Shown: positions 10,972 through 23,615, numbered from the stretch's first letter. The stretch: 35,258 bases of DNA from Octopus bimaculoides (GCF_001194135.2 NC_069000.1:11935697-11970954); one strand, 5' to 3'. A program made the numbers and translations. The notes: a model not told the origin generated them from the letters alone.

Positions 10972-11031
10972 GGCACTGCTCTAGCATGGGCACTGCTCTA
11001 GCATGGGCACTGCTCTAGCATGGGCACTGCT
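10972..11031 (+). repeat. Perfect 17-bp minisatellite, 3.5 copies
   Basis: GGCACTGCTCTAGCATG starts at 10972, 10989 and 11006, with a partial copy at 11023. Confidence 0.95.
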
Positions 11032-12204
11032 TAACAACAGAAATCAGTAAAAGATTTCTTTTGAAATACACACAATATATCTTTCGCAAAGTGCCCATCT
11101 TTTAGTATTTATGGCATTTTATATAGGATGGTAGAATTAACTGCTAATGTTTTCCTTCTCACCATAATGTCTCTTTTTTATTGTTTTTGTTTTTGGTCTC
11201 CTATAATGTACTGTACCGTCTCTTTAGCTTGAGTCACGGTGTTTACAATTTTCATGTTTACACTGAAATTTGTATATTAGATTAGTTATCTGAAATACGT
11301 TTTGTGGCTTGTATGTTTGTGGTTTCATGTAGGGAAAGCCTTTCTCATTTCTTTTTTTCTTTTCATTATTTTTTAATTCTGTTGCTTTTGTAATATATTG
11401 TGGTTAGGTGTGATACATATTATGTCGTGTTTTATGATTCTTTTTTTACGACATATCCACCCATTGGGTAGCTTTTGGTTCATGAAGTATACTGCAAGCG
11501 TGGGTTGTGTGTTTTTACTGGATATTGTATCTGTAGTATCTATGGGAGTAAATTCCTTGAAATTTTTCTACAGGTTGGTCTCCTAACGCGTTCAAGAATT
11601 TCTTATTAAACAGTGTTTATTTAATTATTACGAATTCCTTGTTTAAAGAGTCTTTTGTGGATGGAAACTTACAGGCTATTTATATTCTAGAAGAGGTAAA
11701 AAAATTATCAATTTTTTTTTTTTCTACTAAAGAATAATTACGTTAAGAATGACTGGGGAAATTTTTCGTTAAAACATCCTGTAAGACATAATGCATTTTT
11801 ACGTAACGTTGTCGGCGCTTATTTATTTCGATTAAATTTATTTTAGTTAACACAGGCCTAAATGATTTTTTTTACTTTTTAATACGGGTTTTATTTGTGT
11901 ATATGTATGTATGAATGTTTTTGTTTTATTCTTATAATTTCTCCCTAACAGAGAAAGTGCCGTTTTCAACAAGGCTCTTTCATTGGAATTTAGACAGCAT
12001 CAAGCATGTATATAATTATGTATGTATATTTGTGTTTGTGTGTGAGCCTATTTGTATGGAATGTGTATGTATACAGTGTATGTGTGTGTACTTTCTTCTC
12101 TATTTATTTAAGTTCTTCGCATAATTCAAACCGGTCACTAACGAAGTGACAAAGCTTCTTTGTTTCATTGTTCGAGTGAAGAGTTCCAGGGATATGTTGA
12201 TATA

Positions 12205-12251
<47 letters not shown>

Positions 12252-12519
12252 GTGTATGTGCAGATGTAGTTACACTCCTGTAATGGGTGTTCACGTTTCT
12301 ATTTGTTGCACGTGGTTTTCGTGCGGTGTGTGAGAGAGATGAAAAGTAAAGTCGACTTCTACAGAATCTCAGAGGCCTTAATAGTAGCGCTAACATATGC
12401 AAATTCCACGTCAATTCCGTGATGCTTATACATATAGCATTTATCTTTGGAGACAAGTAAGATAAATAGACCATTCATATCCATATAGCACGTCTACACA
12501 ATAATCCACGATTGACGAC

Positions 12520-12800
12520 CAATCGTGATCATTCACCTAAATCCATTCCTTAAGACCGTGAGAATATTGCAACCCGATGTAAATGTTACTTGATCTTGTG
12601 ATTACACTTTCTGGTCATCAATAAAAAATGAATGTGTAGGTGACATTAAATTTCCTCTTCTTTGTAGATCCTAACATGTACCTTTGGCATTCCCAAAACA
12701 GGTCTGACAAGGTGTTCACTGCCAGGACAAACAGCATTGCAGACAAGTTGTCACTCTGAAATAACCTCTTCGATAACCTCCTAATGGTTGCTTCAGTGCT
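12520..12800 (-). pseudogene. Decayed non-LTR retrotransposon reverse transcriptase fragment (probably an RLE-bearing clade)
   Basis: Minus-strand translation gives ...RLFQSDNLSAMLFVLAVNTLSDLF...YMLG (12797-12669), matching RT motif B' QGDxLSPxLFxLxxxPL. After a frameshift it gives THSFFIDD (12637-12614), the catalytic (Y/F)xDD motif. Stops follow. Confidence 0.75.
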
Positions 12801-13854
12801 TGGTTACAGTTGTGTGGAATCATGTTCTAGTCAGTCTTTTAATAGGATCGCAAGCTCTGTGTATAGGCTTGCATTCTATGTATGTATGTATGCATGTATG
12901 TATGTATGTATGGATGGATGGGTAGATTGATGGATGTATGTATGTTTGCATGTGTGTGTATGTATCTACCATGTATTTATGTAGGTATGTATCTATGTAT
13001 GTACGTAGAGATGAATTTATGTGTATGTACGCACGCACGTATATATATATATATATATATATGTATAACGTAATGTATTTATGTATGCATATATGTATGC
13101 AATGTATGTATGCATGCCTGTATGTACTGTATGCAATGTCTTTGCTCTTAAACCGGTTGATTCAATGTGTGTAGTGTGTGAAAGGGCTTGCAAGTAGATT
13201 TCGGATCTGAAAAGAAATATGGCGGTCCACAGGAATCATATTTCACAATGTAATCCGATCAATACTCTGGAAGTTACGACTTTTGTCTATCATCCATGCA
13301 TCAAACGTTGTCATAGACGGAATATCAGAAACGTCATTGAAGACGAGGAAGCCGGGAGACTAGAATCATCTGTGAAGATGGAGCAATCACCTTAACAACT
13401 GCATATTGGATTGTAATACAGAATAAGCAGATTTGCTTCAGGATTTACACACACTCACTCACTCACACGCATAGAAGCATACTTATTTCCTGTGGCTCTT
13501 CCTCAGCTAACATTACCTTTAAAATATTTAACCCGAGCTCTCCATCCCAACATCCCGTTCTTCCCTCCACACACGCACCCTCCAATTTCTACTCCCACCC
13601 AATCTACCTCAAATGAATACCCTTGCACGTACCCGCAAGTAGTATTTATCTCTCACCTTAAACAGTAAATTCTCTCGAAAAGATATTTCATCTCGTCCCT
13701 ATATCACCTTTAACAATGTAATGCTACCTCCAACATGACCAACACTATCGATTTCACTTCAAATGTCACAGATTCTACTGTTTGGCATTTCTAGCACTAT
13801 TTTTTCTTTTCTTTTTTTTTCTTTTTCTTTTTCATTTTCAGCTTAGAAGAACGT

Positions 13855-13951
13855 TGATGATATTGTAGTAGTAGTAGTAGTAGTGTTGGTGGTATTGTTT
13901 TTGTTGGTGGTGTTGTAGTTGTTGTTGCTGTTTGATGTTGCTCCGTTTGTT

Positions 13952-13991
<40 letters not shown>

Positions 13992-14042
13992 CAGTAGTAG
14001 TAGTAGTAGCAGTAGTAGTAGCAGTAGTAGTAGTAGTAGTTG

Positions 14043-14073
<31 letters not shown>

Positions 14074-14203
14074 CGGTGGCGACGGCGGTGTTGTTGCTGC
14101 TGCCACTGCTTATGTCGCTGATAGTGCTGATGGGAGGTAGTGACGATGGTGATGGTGGTGATGGCGATAGTGATGGTGAATGTGTTGGTAGTGGTGACGG
14201 TGG

Positions 14204-14250
<47 letters not shown>

Positions 14251-14270
14251 ATGGCGGCGGCGGTGGCGTA
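13855..14270. repeat. Compound trinucleotide mosaic (GTA/GTT/GGT/GGC/GAT)n
   Basis: Directly visible 3-periodic low-complexity run. Confidence 0.95.
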
Positions 14271-14444
14271 TGAATACTGCCCCTCATTTTGTGATATTTT
14301 TTGATGTTTGCTTTTGCATTTACTGTCATGTATCTCTTTAAAATGTACTAGAATAAAGAAGTCCCTAAAACTGGTAAAAACCAATGATATTCTGTGTAAT
14401 TATTGTTCGTCAACATGAAGGGAGATGGAGAAAATACCCTGCTA

Positions 14445-14590
14445 TTAACATCATGCGTTCAAATCTCGTCGAAGCTATCTTCACCATTCATCTTTTCGAG
14501 GTCGGTAAAATAGAGGATCAGTGAAATACTAAAATTGGTTTATTCGACTAAGACTTTCTCTCCAAATTTTAGGCCTTGTGACTATCAGAT
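14445..14590 (+). mobile_element. Old decayed SINE remnant
   Basis: A B-box-like GCGTTCAAATCTCG is followed by CCATTCATCTTTTCGAGGTCGGTAAAATA, the motif order of the second family. Confidence 0.35.
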
Positions 14591-15437
14591 TATTAGACTA
14601 TTAAATTCGAAACAATTAATCAATGAGAGATGGTATGTGACGTGTTATGATCAGTGTGATGTGCTGTGGCGGTTAATCTGTAAGTATGAATCACATAGAT
14701 GGTGTGTGATGTGACGAAGGTAAAGACTAACTTCTTGTAAATGGAGACTAAGCTGCCTCCAAAAGATCTTTTTGTAATTCTTAATGATCCATGCGGCGAG
14801 GTGCTTTTTATCATATACATATATGAATTAGATATTAAGTGGCTGAATGCTCCTCAGATAATTGTAACCTTAAAGCTATTTTTTCACGGAATCAGAGTGA
14901 TATGATGTGTGACAAGGTCACCTTTTATAATACGCCCGCTCAATCATGACTGTTGTTGTTGTTTCCAAAGTAGTGAACCGGCAGAAACCTTTGTGTCAGA
15001 GAAAATGTTTTGTAAAATCGATGAACCACTTTCCCCACAAAATTGTTGGCTTTGTGCCTAAACCAGAAATTATATTTCATGCATTTCACTTTACACTCGT
15101 CGTAAGCTCTCAGCAATTAAAAACTTGCTATCGTTTTCAGTTCTCGAGAAAAGCTATTTAACCTGATGCGCCTTTATAACATTTGAGAAATTCACGAAAA
15201 CCATTAATACCGTAAAAAAAAAAAAAAAATATCCCAAATGACTCTCATTAATGGTGAGTGAAGAAAACCCACCAGAACATTATTACTCTTTTTTTAAGGA
15301 TTAAAAGAGACATCGAAATAGCTGAGAAATGTAGAGAGTGGATTTTAATTCCACCCAGGTGTTTTCTACAGGACATATATGTCATATGAGATAGAAGTGA
15401 CAGAATGACTTCTCTTTTACTGCGAATTTGTGCGTAG

Positions 15438-15487
15438 GGTGATGCTATGCATCGCCTGCAAAGGGACGGTCTAACAGCTGTCAGATG
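15438..15487 (+). CDS. Candidate isolated 50-nt internal exon, product unknown
   Basis: Acceptor ...CTTCTCTTTT...TTTGTGCGTAG| and consensus donor ATG|GTAAGT flank it. One frame is open (GDAMHRLQRDGLTAVR), with no recognisable homology. Confidence 0.2.
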
Positions 15488-16430
15488 GTAAGTTTTATGN
15501 NNNNNNNNNNNNNNNNNNNNNNNNNNNNNNNNNNNNNNNNNNNNNNNNNNNNNNNNNNNNNNNNNNNNNNNNNNNNNNNNNNNNNNNNNNNNNNNNNNNN
15601 NNNNNNNNNNNNNNNNNNNNNNNNNNNNNNNNNNNNNNNNNNNNNNNNNNNNNNNNNNNNNNNNNNNNNNNNNNNNNNNNNNNNNNNNNNNNNNNNNNNN
15701 NNNNNNNNNNNNNNNNNNNNNNNNNNNNNNNNNNNNNNNNNNNNNNNNNNNNNNNNNNNNNNNNNNNNNNNNNNNNNNNNNNNNNNNNNNNNNNNNNNNN
15801 NNNNNNNNNNNNNNNNNNNNNNNNNNNNNNNNNNNNNNNNNNNNNNNNNNNNNNNNNNNNNNNNNNNNNNNNNNNNNNNNNNNNNNNNNNNNNNNNNNNN
15901 NNNNNNNNNNNNNNNNNNNNNNNNNNNNNNNNNNNNNNNNNNNNNNNNNNNNNNNNNNNNNNNNNNNNNNNNNNNNNNNNNNNNNNNNNNNNNNNNNNNN
16001 NNNNNNNNNNNNNNNNNNNNNNNNNNNNNNNNNNNNNNNNNNNNNNNNNNNNNNNNNNNNNNNNNNNNNNNNNNNNNNNNNNNNNNNNNNNNNNNNNNNN
16101 NNNNNNNNNNNNNNNNNNNNNNNNNNNNNNNNNNNNNNNNNNNNNNNNNNNNNNNNNNNNNNNNNNNNNNNNNNNNNNNNNNNNNNNNNNNNNNNNNNNN
16201 NNNNNNNNNNNNNNNNNNNNNNNNNNNNNNNNNNNNNNNNNNNNNNNNNNNNNNNNNNNNNNNNNNNNNNNNNNNNNNNNNNNNNNNNNNNNNNNNNNNN
16301 NNNNNNNNNNNNNNNNTATATATATATACATACATACATACATGTACATGGATATATAAGTACATATATATAAATATATTTATATACCCATATATTCATA
16401 TATTTATGTGTGTATATATATATATATATA

Positions 16431-16465
<35 letters not shown>

Positions 16466-17065
16466 ACACACACATATATATATATATACATACACACACA
16501 CACACATATATATGTATATACATATATACATTTATTCATACATATATTAATCCTATTGCTGTATTATATTGCATAGTCACAGAAATCTGTAACGGTTCAC
16601 CACTAGCCATCTTATTAACACTAATATAAAGGATTGTGAAAACGGCTGTGTATGCGTACTCAAGTACCTGTGTGTCCGCGTGCGAGTGTGTATATGTGTG
16701 TGTGTGTATGTGTCCGCGCGCGAGTGCTTGCGTTCGTGTGCGTGTACGTGTGACGATATGTGCGTTTGACGCTGGCAAAGTCTCTAACAGCTGGCAGAAG
16801 ATCAAGTGAAGTTAGCTCCGAGAGGGGTGCTACGCTTCATTGACTACAGATGGTTATTAGCTCGTTGACGAAATGTTCCCGAAGGATGCTATTGGAAGCC
16901 CCTCTACGGCTGATTGATTACGTTGTGGCGATACTGGAAGAATGGAAGTCAATTAATCCCATGAAAGCACTTTGATTACCCCCACCATGGGGCTATTAAA
17001 ATAACTGTATCCCCGAGGAGGTGGAAGTTTCTAACATCTTGTAAGCACACTCAGTTCCAAATGTA

Positions 17066-17152
<87 letters not shown>

Positions 17153-17225
17153 CTCGCACTAATTCCCTTATCTCTCCCTAGCTCCTACTCGCTCCCTTTG
17201 TCACTATGGGTATATATACCACTAC

Positions 17226-17429
17226 GGCACTTCGTCGGTGACGACGACGAGGGTACCAGTTGATCCAATCAACGGAATGACCTGCTCGTGAGATTAAAGT
17301 GCAAGTGGCTGAGCACTCCACAGACACGTGTAGCCTTAACGTAGTTCTCGGGGAGAATCAACGTGACACAGAAAGTGACAAGGCTGACCCTTTCAAATAA
17401 AGGTACAACAGAAACAAGGAGAAAGAGTG
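17226..17429 (-). mobile_element. 5'-truncated copy of the SINE family at 22981-23370
   Basis: Direct similarity within the window: CCAGTTGATCC(A/G)ATCAACGGAA..GCCTGCTCGTGA.ATTAA.GTGCAAGTGGCTGAG.ACTCCACAGACACGTGTA..CTTAACGTAGTTCTCGGGGA. Confidence 0.85.
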
Positions 17430-18225
17430 TTTTGCAAGATTTTTGATGTAAAATCGTGTGTTGAAACAGATGTTGTGTACTTAGGGATGGTCATATTGCC
17501 AGTTTAGCCAATAAAAACACACGCACTGTATATTTGGTGTTAATTTGCTTCAGCTTTATATTACATTAATCCTATTTCGGCCAGAGTTCTTTCGTCACAC
17601 TTCTGTGTGTATGGAGAGTGCTTGTATTATCTATATCCTCTGTTAATACATGTTCGTTTATTTTTGTTTTTATTTATTTATTTGTTAAATAAGCCTAACT
17701 AAAATGAATATAAATTGTATAAATATAAGAATATTTAGAAATCTGGAAATTTTGAATTCGTCGAAATCATTGAAAAGGAACTAATTTGGTGCATTTTTCT
17801 GAAATTTCTATTTAGCGAGGGTAAGGGTGGACGATAACAAATGTTGTATTTTAAGGCTCATCTGTACTAATGCGTTTATCTACAGATTTTAGCCAGTACT
17901 GTATGAAATATTGTATACAGGCATAGATACCTTATCCTTGTATACAATACCTTAGTGGACAAAAAGAGAAGGAACGACTGGATTAGTTTCAGATTATCAT
18001 CAGCGGTATATTAGTCTCTTTGACTGTCTACAGAGACGCTTCTACTAAGGCAATCAGTATATCGAAAAGAACGATTTGCATATTAGAACGCATTTTTGAT
18101 GTCTAGTTCTCTAAACATATCAAATGTGTTAACAATGATCTATCTTAATGCTACCCTTTGCTGCACAATCTTATCATCGATTGATATGTAATAGACAAAT
18201 GTTGTCTATTACATAAATAAGATGT

Positions 18226-18376
<151 letters not shown>

Positions 18377-18687
18377 TAAAAAAGCGATTGAAGTCTTAAC
18401 ATGTTTTATTTTTGAAAACAAATATATCGAAAGGCAGTAAAAATAAACAGACGAAAACAAACACAGTGATGGAAATAGATGTTGTTTAAGGAGCGGAAAG
18501 ATCAAAGGCTAAATTGTCCTTGAAGAGAGGTGTGAAAATGAAGAAGAGGTAAAGCAAGAGAGTTAGTACGGTAAACGAAAATCTGCAAATAAAGAACATA
18601 ATTGAGTCAGAGTAGAAGGATCTAAAAGCTTTAATGATAATAATAATAATAATAATAAGTTTCAATTCTGGCACAACGTCGATGAAA

Positions 18688-18860
18688 GTCGATTACATCG
18701 ACCCCAGAGCTTGATGGCATTTTGTCCATCTTTTCGTTCTGAGTTTAAATTCCGCCGAGGGCGACTTTGCCTTTCATCTTCGAGGGGTCTTTAAAATAAG
18801 TACCTGTTGAACACTGTGGTTAGCTCCTTCCCCGAACTAGCTGGTCTTCTGCCAAAATTT
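18688..18860. mobile_element. Rearranged copy of the second SINE family (minus piece followed by plus piece)
   Basis: 18688-18707 is identical to 8197-8216 (minus orientation). 18736-18778, GTTCTGAGTTTAAATTCCGCCGAGG.CGACTTTGCCTTTCATC, is in plus orientation. Confidence 0.65.
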
Positions 18861-19107
18861 TGAAATTAATATTTTAGGTGTGGTGGTNNNNNNNNNNNNN
18901 NNNNNNNNNNNNNNNNNNNNNNNNNNNNNNNNNNNNNNNNNNNNNNNNNNNNNNNNNNNNNNNNNNNNNNNNNNNNNNNNNNNNNNNNNNNNNNNNNNNN
19001 NNNNNNNNNNNNNNNNNNNNNNNNNNNNNNNNNNNNNNNNNNNNNNNNNNNNNNNNNNNNNNNNNNNNNNNNNNNNNNNNNNNNNNNNNNNNNNNNNNNN
19101 NNNNNNN

Positions 19108-19145
<38 letters not shown>

Positions 19146-19245
19146 TAAATAGATATATGTGTGTATGTGTGTGTGCGTGTTTGTCTGGGTCTGTGTGTTT
19201 CTGTGTCTGTGTATTTTTGTGCCTTTGTTTTCTCCCTATTAACTC

Positions 19246-19398
19246 TTGATAATTAGTGTTGGTGTGTTTACGCCCGAGAGAATAAGCACCAGGCTTTTAA
19301 AAATTAATTACTGGGGTCGATACGTTTGACTAAAATTGCTCAAGGCGGTGCCCCCACATGGCCGCTGTCTAATGACTGAAACAAGTAAAAGATAAAAG
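19246..19398 (+). mobile_element. 3' fragment of the third SINE family
   Basis: GAATAAG...CTGGGGTCGA...AAGGCGGTGC...CATGGCCGC.GTC.AATGACTGAAACAAGTAAAAGA is shared with 21240-21366. Confidence 0.7.
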
Positions 19399-19606
19399 AT
19401 TTGAAATATATATCAGTCATCCGAGTTTTTAAAGTCAATTTTTGTATATTTTCATATGTCTATCAAAACAGATTGCCTAGTTTGTCTTACAATTATTTCT
19501 CTTTCTTCGTTCTCTAACGAAATAGAGCGGAAGAGACACAGATAGACAGATATTGTGTTAGAGAACAGTAGTGAGTAAGAGAAACAGAAAACGAGAGATA
19601 TAAGAA

Positions 19607-19652
19607 CGTAGATAGCTACAAAGAGAAGAACAGGCGTAGATAGCTACAAAGA
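19607..19652 (+). repeat. 18-bp perfect direct repeat
   Basis: CGTAGATAGCTACAAAGA occurs at 19607-19624 and 19635-19652. Confidence 0.85.
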
Positions 19653-19925
19653 TTGAGTGAGAGAGATGGAGAGATATTGTGACGGTGTGTTGACATTTTT
19701 ATTGTTAACTCTAAGACAACTTTTTAAAGCTAATATTGAATTTCGATGTTCTGGATTACTAGCAAGCAATAAGTCATCTCTCTAATCTCACTCTACTATA
19801 TAATGTATGCATATGTTTGTAAAGACCAATTGTGAGATATATTTTCATTCTGTTAGAAATAGTACTCAAATACCCTTCAAACCACAGCCTACTATTTAAC
19901 GTAATAGATAAATAGACAGATAAGC

Positions 19926-19984
<59 letters not shown>

Positions 19985-20541
19985 TAGATAGATAGATAGA
20001 TAGATACAGATAGATAGAGACAGATAGATAGAAAGACAGATAGATAGAGAGACAGATAGACAGAGAGGGGTAGAGAGTGAGTGACTAAGACAGAGAGTGG
20101 GCTGACAGATGAGAGTGCTACGTTATAGCTAGAAATAGCAGCCAAATCTCCATGAAATCTTATTCCACCAAACTTCGACATTACACAAAAGTCATCATCG
20201 AAAATGAAAAAAAAAAAAACAAAAAAAAAAACGCGCATTTCTTGGATATCACAGCCATCTCAGCAAAATTAACAAGTTACAATCGTTTCATATCAGAATA
20301 GTAAAATACATGACATCCCAATTCGTCTCGAAGCTATGTATATAAATTTAGCCTAAACATGCTAAAATTGTTTCTTAAATGCCGTTTCAGTCAATTATGC
20401 CTACGCATGCAAGTTGGTCCCACTTGGGTTTACTGCTATGTAATAATAAATTGTATTTTAACAATCTGGTATTAATTGAGCATTTAATTTCTGCAAATTT
20501 TTTTTTGATGTTTGAGTGAATACATCAATTCTTTATATGGA

Positions 20542-20572
<31 letters not shown>

Positions 20573-20648
20573 TTGTATGGATGGATGGATGGATGTATAT
20601 AAACATTTTTATATATTTTTCATGTCTGTATGTTTGTGTAAATATATA

Positions 20649-21240
20649 CAGGGTACGTAAGATATCTGAGGACATACCTTTTTGGGGTCGTTGCTGCATT
20701 TTTTTGCTAACTCTGTATAATCTTTGTTTCAGAAAATAATAATGGCAGCCTCTCAGTTTACTCAACAAACGAAGAGACATGCTGTTATGAAGGATGAGCA
20801 TACCGATTTAGAAAATATCTCGAATTTGCCAGATCTTTCGTCTACAAAGTTTGTAAGGAGCTAGCGACTGAAAATCGAAACGTATCACCAGTATCAAAGT
20901 ATAAAAAGCATTCTAAACACTCTGAAATCATCAGAACTCCTGAATTTATCCAGCAAGTTCAACAGGCCATTGATTACTATCCCAGAAAGTCCATGAGGTC
21001 AATTGCAAAAGATTCCCATGTGTCAGAAGGAACAGTCAGGAATGTTGTCAACGAAAACATCGGATATAAGTCGTATATGATAAGGAAAGTTCAATATGGC
21101 AGAAAGAGCAAAAGAAAATCACTACATCAGATCTAAAAGGCTCTTAAACAAACTGAAAAACCCAGCAGAAGAAGATTTGATTTGGTTTTTCTCAAACGAG
21201 AGATCAAAATATTAACGGAAGAAATGAAAGATGGTTATGT
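20649..21240 (+). mobile_element. Truncated Tc1/mariner-superfamily transposon with frameshifted transposase (HTH region to first catalytic residue)
   Basis: It has a TA|CAGGGT terminus (20647-20654) and an ATG at 20742 (MAASQFTQQTKRHAV). A shifted frame reads ARSFVYKVCKEL...RTPEFIQQVQQAIDYYPRKSMRSIAKDSHVSEGTVRNVVNENIGYKSY (paired/HTH-like). A further shift gives KRLLNKLKNPAEEDLIWFFSNE (21183-21200), the decayed FSDE motif. A SINE cuts it off. Confidence 0.8.
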
Positions 21241-21366
21241 TCGGCAAAAAACACCGATAGAATAAGTACTAGACTTACAAAGAATAAGTCCTGGGGTCGA
21301 GTTAATTCGACTAAAGGCAGTGTTCCAGCATGGCCGCAGTCAAATGACTGAAACAAGTAAAAGAAT
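21240..21366 (+). mobile_element. 3' fragment of the third SINE family, truncating the transposase relic
   Basis: It shares the 3' block with 10550-10610 and 19280-19392. Confidence 0.75.
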
Positions 21367-21369
21367 AAA

Positions 21370-21404
<35 letters not shown>

Positions 21405-22064
21405 ATAATAATTATATACACATTTGTACATAGAGTTAATGTCTTACAGAAATTTGTGGAGTGTTGTTCAGTTAAAATGTTCAAATATAAATCAAGACAG
21501 TAACAAGGGAAAAAAAAAAAGAAATGAAGGATGGAGAGAAGGTAGAAAGAGACAAGCTGTTTAAGGAGGAGAGGCAAAATAAAACAATTTAATTCAATGT
21601 AATAAACGAAAGAGAGACCAATATAGCATCTATCTAGCTACAACCGTTTTCGTTTACAAGACAGCAGTACCAACTTGACTACAAAGTTCCCACCACCGAC
21701 CGCCAACGCACAACGCAACCACGACCATAGATTGAACGCAAAACAAAGAAAACTACAAGAACAATGAAAATACGTTATATATATATATAAATATATATAA
21801 ATATATATATATGAATATATGTGTGTGTGTGTGTGCGTGTATTTATGTATGTATGTACATAATATATATACTTATGTATATGAATATATACATACATATG
21901 TACATACATATATATATACACACACATACAAATATATACTTATATAGATATATATAGACAAATGTATGTGTGTATATATATAAATATATATATATGAACA
22001 TGCACATATATGTACATATATATATATATTTGTGTGTGTGTGTGTGTGTAAGTATATATATATT

Positions 22065-22111
<47 letters not shown>

Positions 22112-22369
22112 TGTAATTGTATATGTGTGTGAATGCTTGTGTCTGTGAGTGTGTATGTTTGTGTGTGTGAGTGCGCGCTCGCGTTTGGGTGTATGTGCAT
22201 ATGTGTGCACGTGTGAGAGCGTGTACAGGTCGCTGGGAGGTTGATTTTTTTTTTTTGTTTTTTTTTTGTCATTGAAATCTTATGAAATTACTCCTTTTGA
22301 TCTTACCCAAAAAAGAAGTATGTTGTCTGCGAAAGTTTACGTCTTATCAAGTTTCACATGCTACGTACT

Positions 22370-22530
22370 ACTCCTCCTTCTCCTCCTCCTCCTTCCTTTC
22401 TTCTTAGTATTATTATTATTATTATTATTATTGGTGGTCGTGGTGGTGGTAGTAGAAATTATTATTATTATCATTATTATCATTATTATTATTATTGTTG
22501 TTGTTGTTGTTGTTGTTGTTATTGTTGTTA
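22370..22530. repeat. Compound trinucleotide microsatellite (CTC/TTA/GGT/GTT)n
   Basis: Directly visible. Confidence 0.9.
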
Positions 22531-22980
22531 TTTTAATTTCTGTTTGTCCATAAAACATTTACTCCGCTTTTTGATCTCGTTTAATTAGTGTGTAAGAAAC
22601 AGTAGGGAAAAGCAAACAAGAAAACAAGCAAAAATCTATAGAGAAAATAATTAAAATACAAAATGAAAAATAAAAATAATAAAATTAAATTAAAATAAAA
22701 TAAAAGCTGAAAAATAACAGCATTTAATGAAAATTAACAACAACAACAACAACAACAACAACAAGAGCAATACCAAAAGCGTCGACATCAAATAGTCTGA
22801 TAAATTCAACATCTGACTTTCAGGACGTTTAAACTCATTGGAAGTAAAACGTATGTTTTTTTTTGCCTTTTAGAAAGTTATTAGCCTCTTTTGCAATCGT
22901 TGACACGATAGAAGGATGAAGGTGGGCATATGTCTTTGCGCGCGTGTGTAAAGTTGCCTATGCACGATTGTAGATGCAAA

Positions 22981-23370
22981 CATTGTTGTTGGCACTCCGT
23001 CGCTTACGACGTCGAGGGTTCCAGTTGATCCGATCAACGGAACAGCCTGCTCGTGAAATTAACGTGCAAGTGGCTGAGTACTCCACAGACACGTGTACCC
23101 TTAACGTAGTTCTCGGGGATATTCAGCGTGACACAGAGTGTTACAAGGCTGGCCCTTTGAATTACAGGCACAACAGAAACAGGAAGTAAGAGTGCGATAA
23201 AGTTGTGGTGAAAGAGTACAGCAGGGTTCGCCACCATCTCCTGCCGGAGCCTCGAGGAGCTTTGGGTGTTTTTGCTCAATAAACACTCACAACGCCCGGT
23301 CTGGGAATGGAAACCGCGATCCTATGACCGCGAGTCCGCTGCCCTAACCACTGGGCCATTGCGCTTCCAC
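22981..23370 (-). mobile_element. Full-length tRNA-derived SINE with 9-bp target-site duplication
   Basis: The minus-strand head GTGGAAGCGCAATGGCCCAGTGGTTAGGGCAGCGGACTCGCGG has an A box TGGCCCAGTGG (23358-23348) and a decayed B box GGTTTCCATTCC (23315-23304). There is a short (CAA)n tail, and AGATGCAAA is duplicated at 22972-22980 and 23371-23379. The body matches 17226-17429. Confidence 0.85.
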
Positions 23371-23615
23371 AGATGCAAATATGATAGAGCATTAAATGTT
23401 ACACGGTCAGTTTTTGTGTGTATGTATATATTATGTAAGAGCGCACGTTTTGATGTAAGTCTCATAAAGTGCCGTTCTGTAGCACTTCATCAGACTTGGG
23501 TGTTATATAACTTTCCATGTGGAACTTTTTTAACGTGCAATGGTTTTAACAACCGAGTGTCAAGTTTTACTGGTCATTTAAGATACGATAAACTCCTTCA
23601 TTTTCTCCATATTTA

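Noticed and set aside
10972-11031. Possible CRISPR-like repeat
   Set aside because: The units are directly tandem with no spacers, and the context is eukaryotic.
11290-11640. A-rich minus-strand open stretch (~65 codons) upstream of the 10722 ribozyme half, possibly a Penelope ORF remnant
   Set aside because: No RT or GIY-YIG motif is recognisable by eye. It would need an HMM search.
12668-12759. Plus-strand terminal-exon candidate after a strong acceptor (DPNMYLWHSQ...LSL*)
   Set aside because: The opposite strand encodes recognisable RT motifs (FQSDxLS, FIDD), so the open frame is better explained as antisense to a LINE relic.
13478-13510. Minus-strand CUGAGGA-AGAGCCACAG-GAAA (a similar partial motif lies at 23465-23492)
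   Set aside because: Stem II or GAAA is lacking, so it cannot form the core.
13797-14384. 195-aa ORF with poly-T/H/Q/L tracts and overlapping ORFs
   Set aside because: Translation of a trinucleotide mosaic. Several frames on both strands are open and there is no domain-like segment.
17570-17605. Minus-strand GUGACGA...GGCCGAAAU hammerhead-like string
   Set aside because: C3 is missing, and stems I and II do not pair convincingly.
17975-18010. Minus-strand CUGAUGA-UAAUCU-GAAAC...GUC
   Set aside because: No 10.1-11.1 pair, no stem II and no stem I complement.
23290-23370. tRNA gene
   Set aside because: The B box is decayed, there is no acceptor-stem closure, and it is continuous with a SINE body and TSD.
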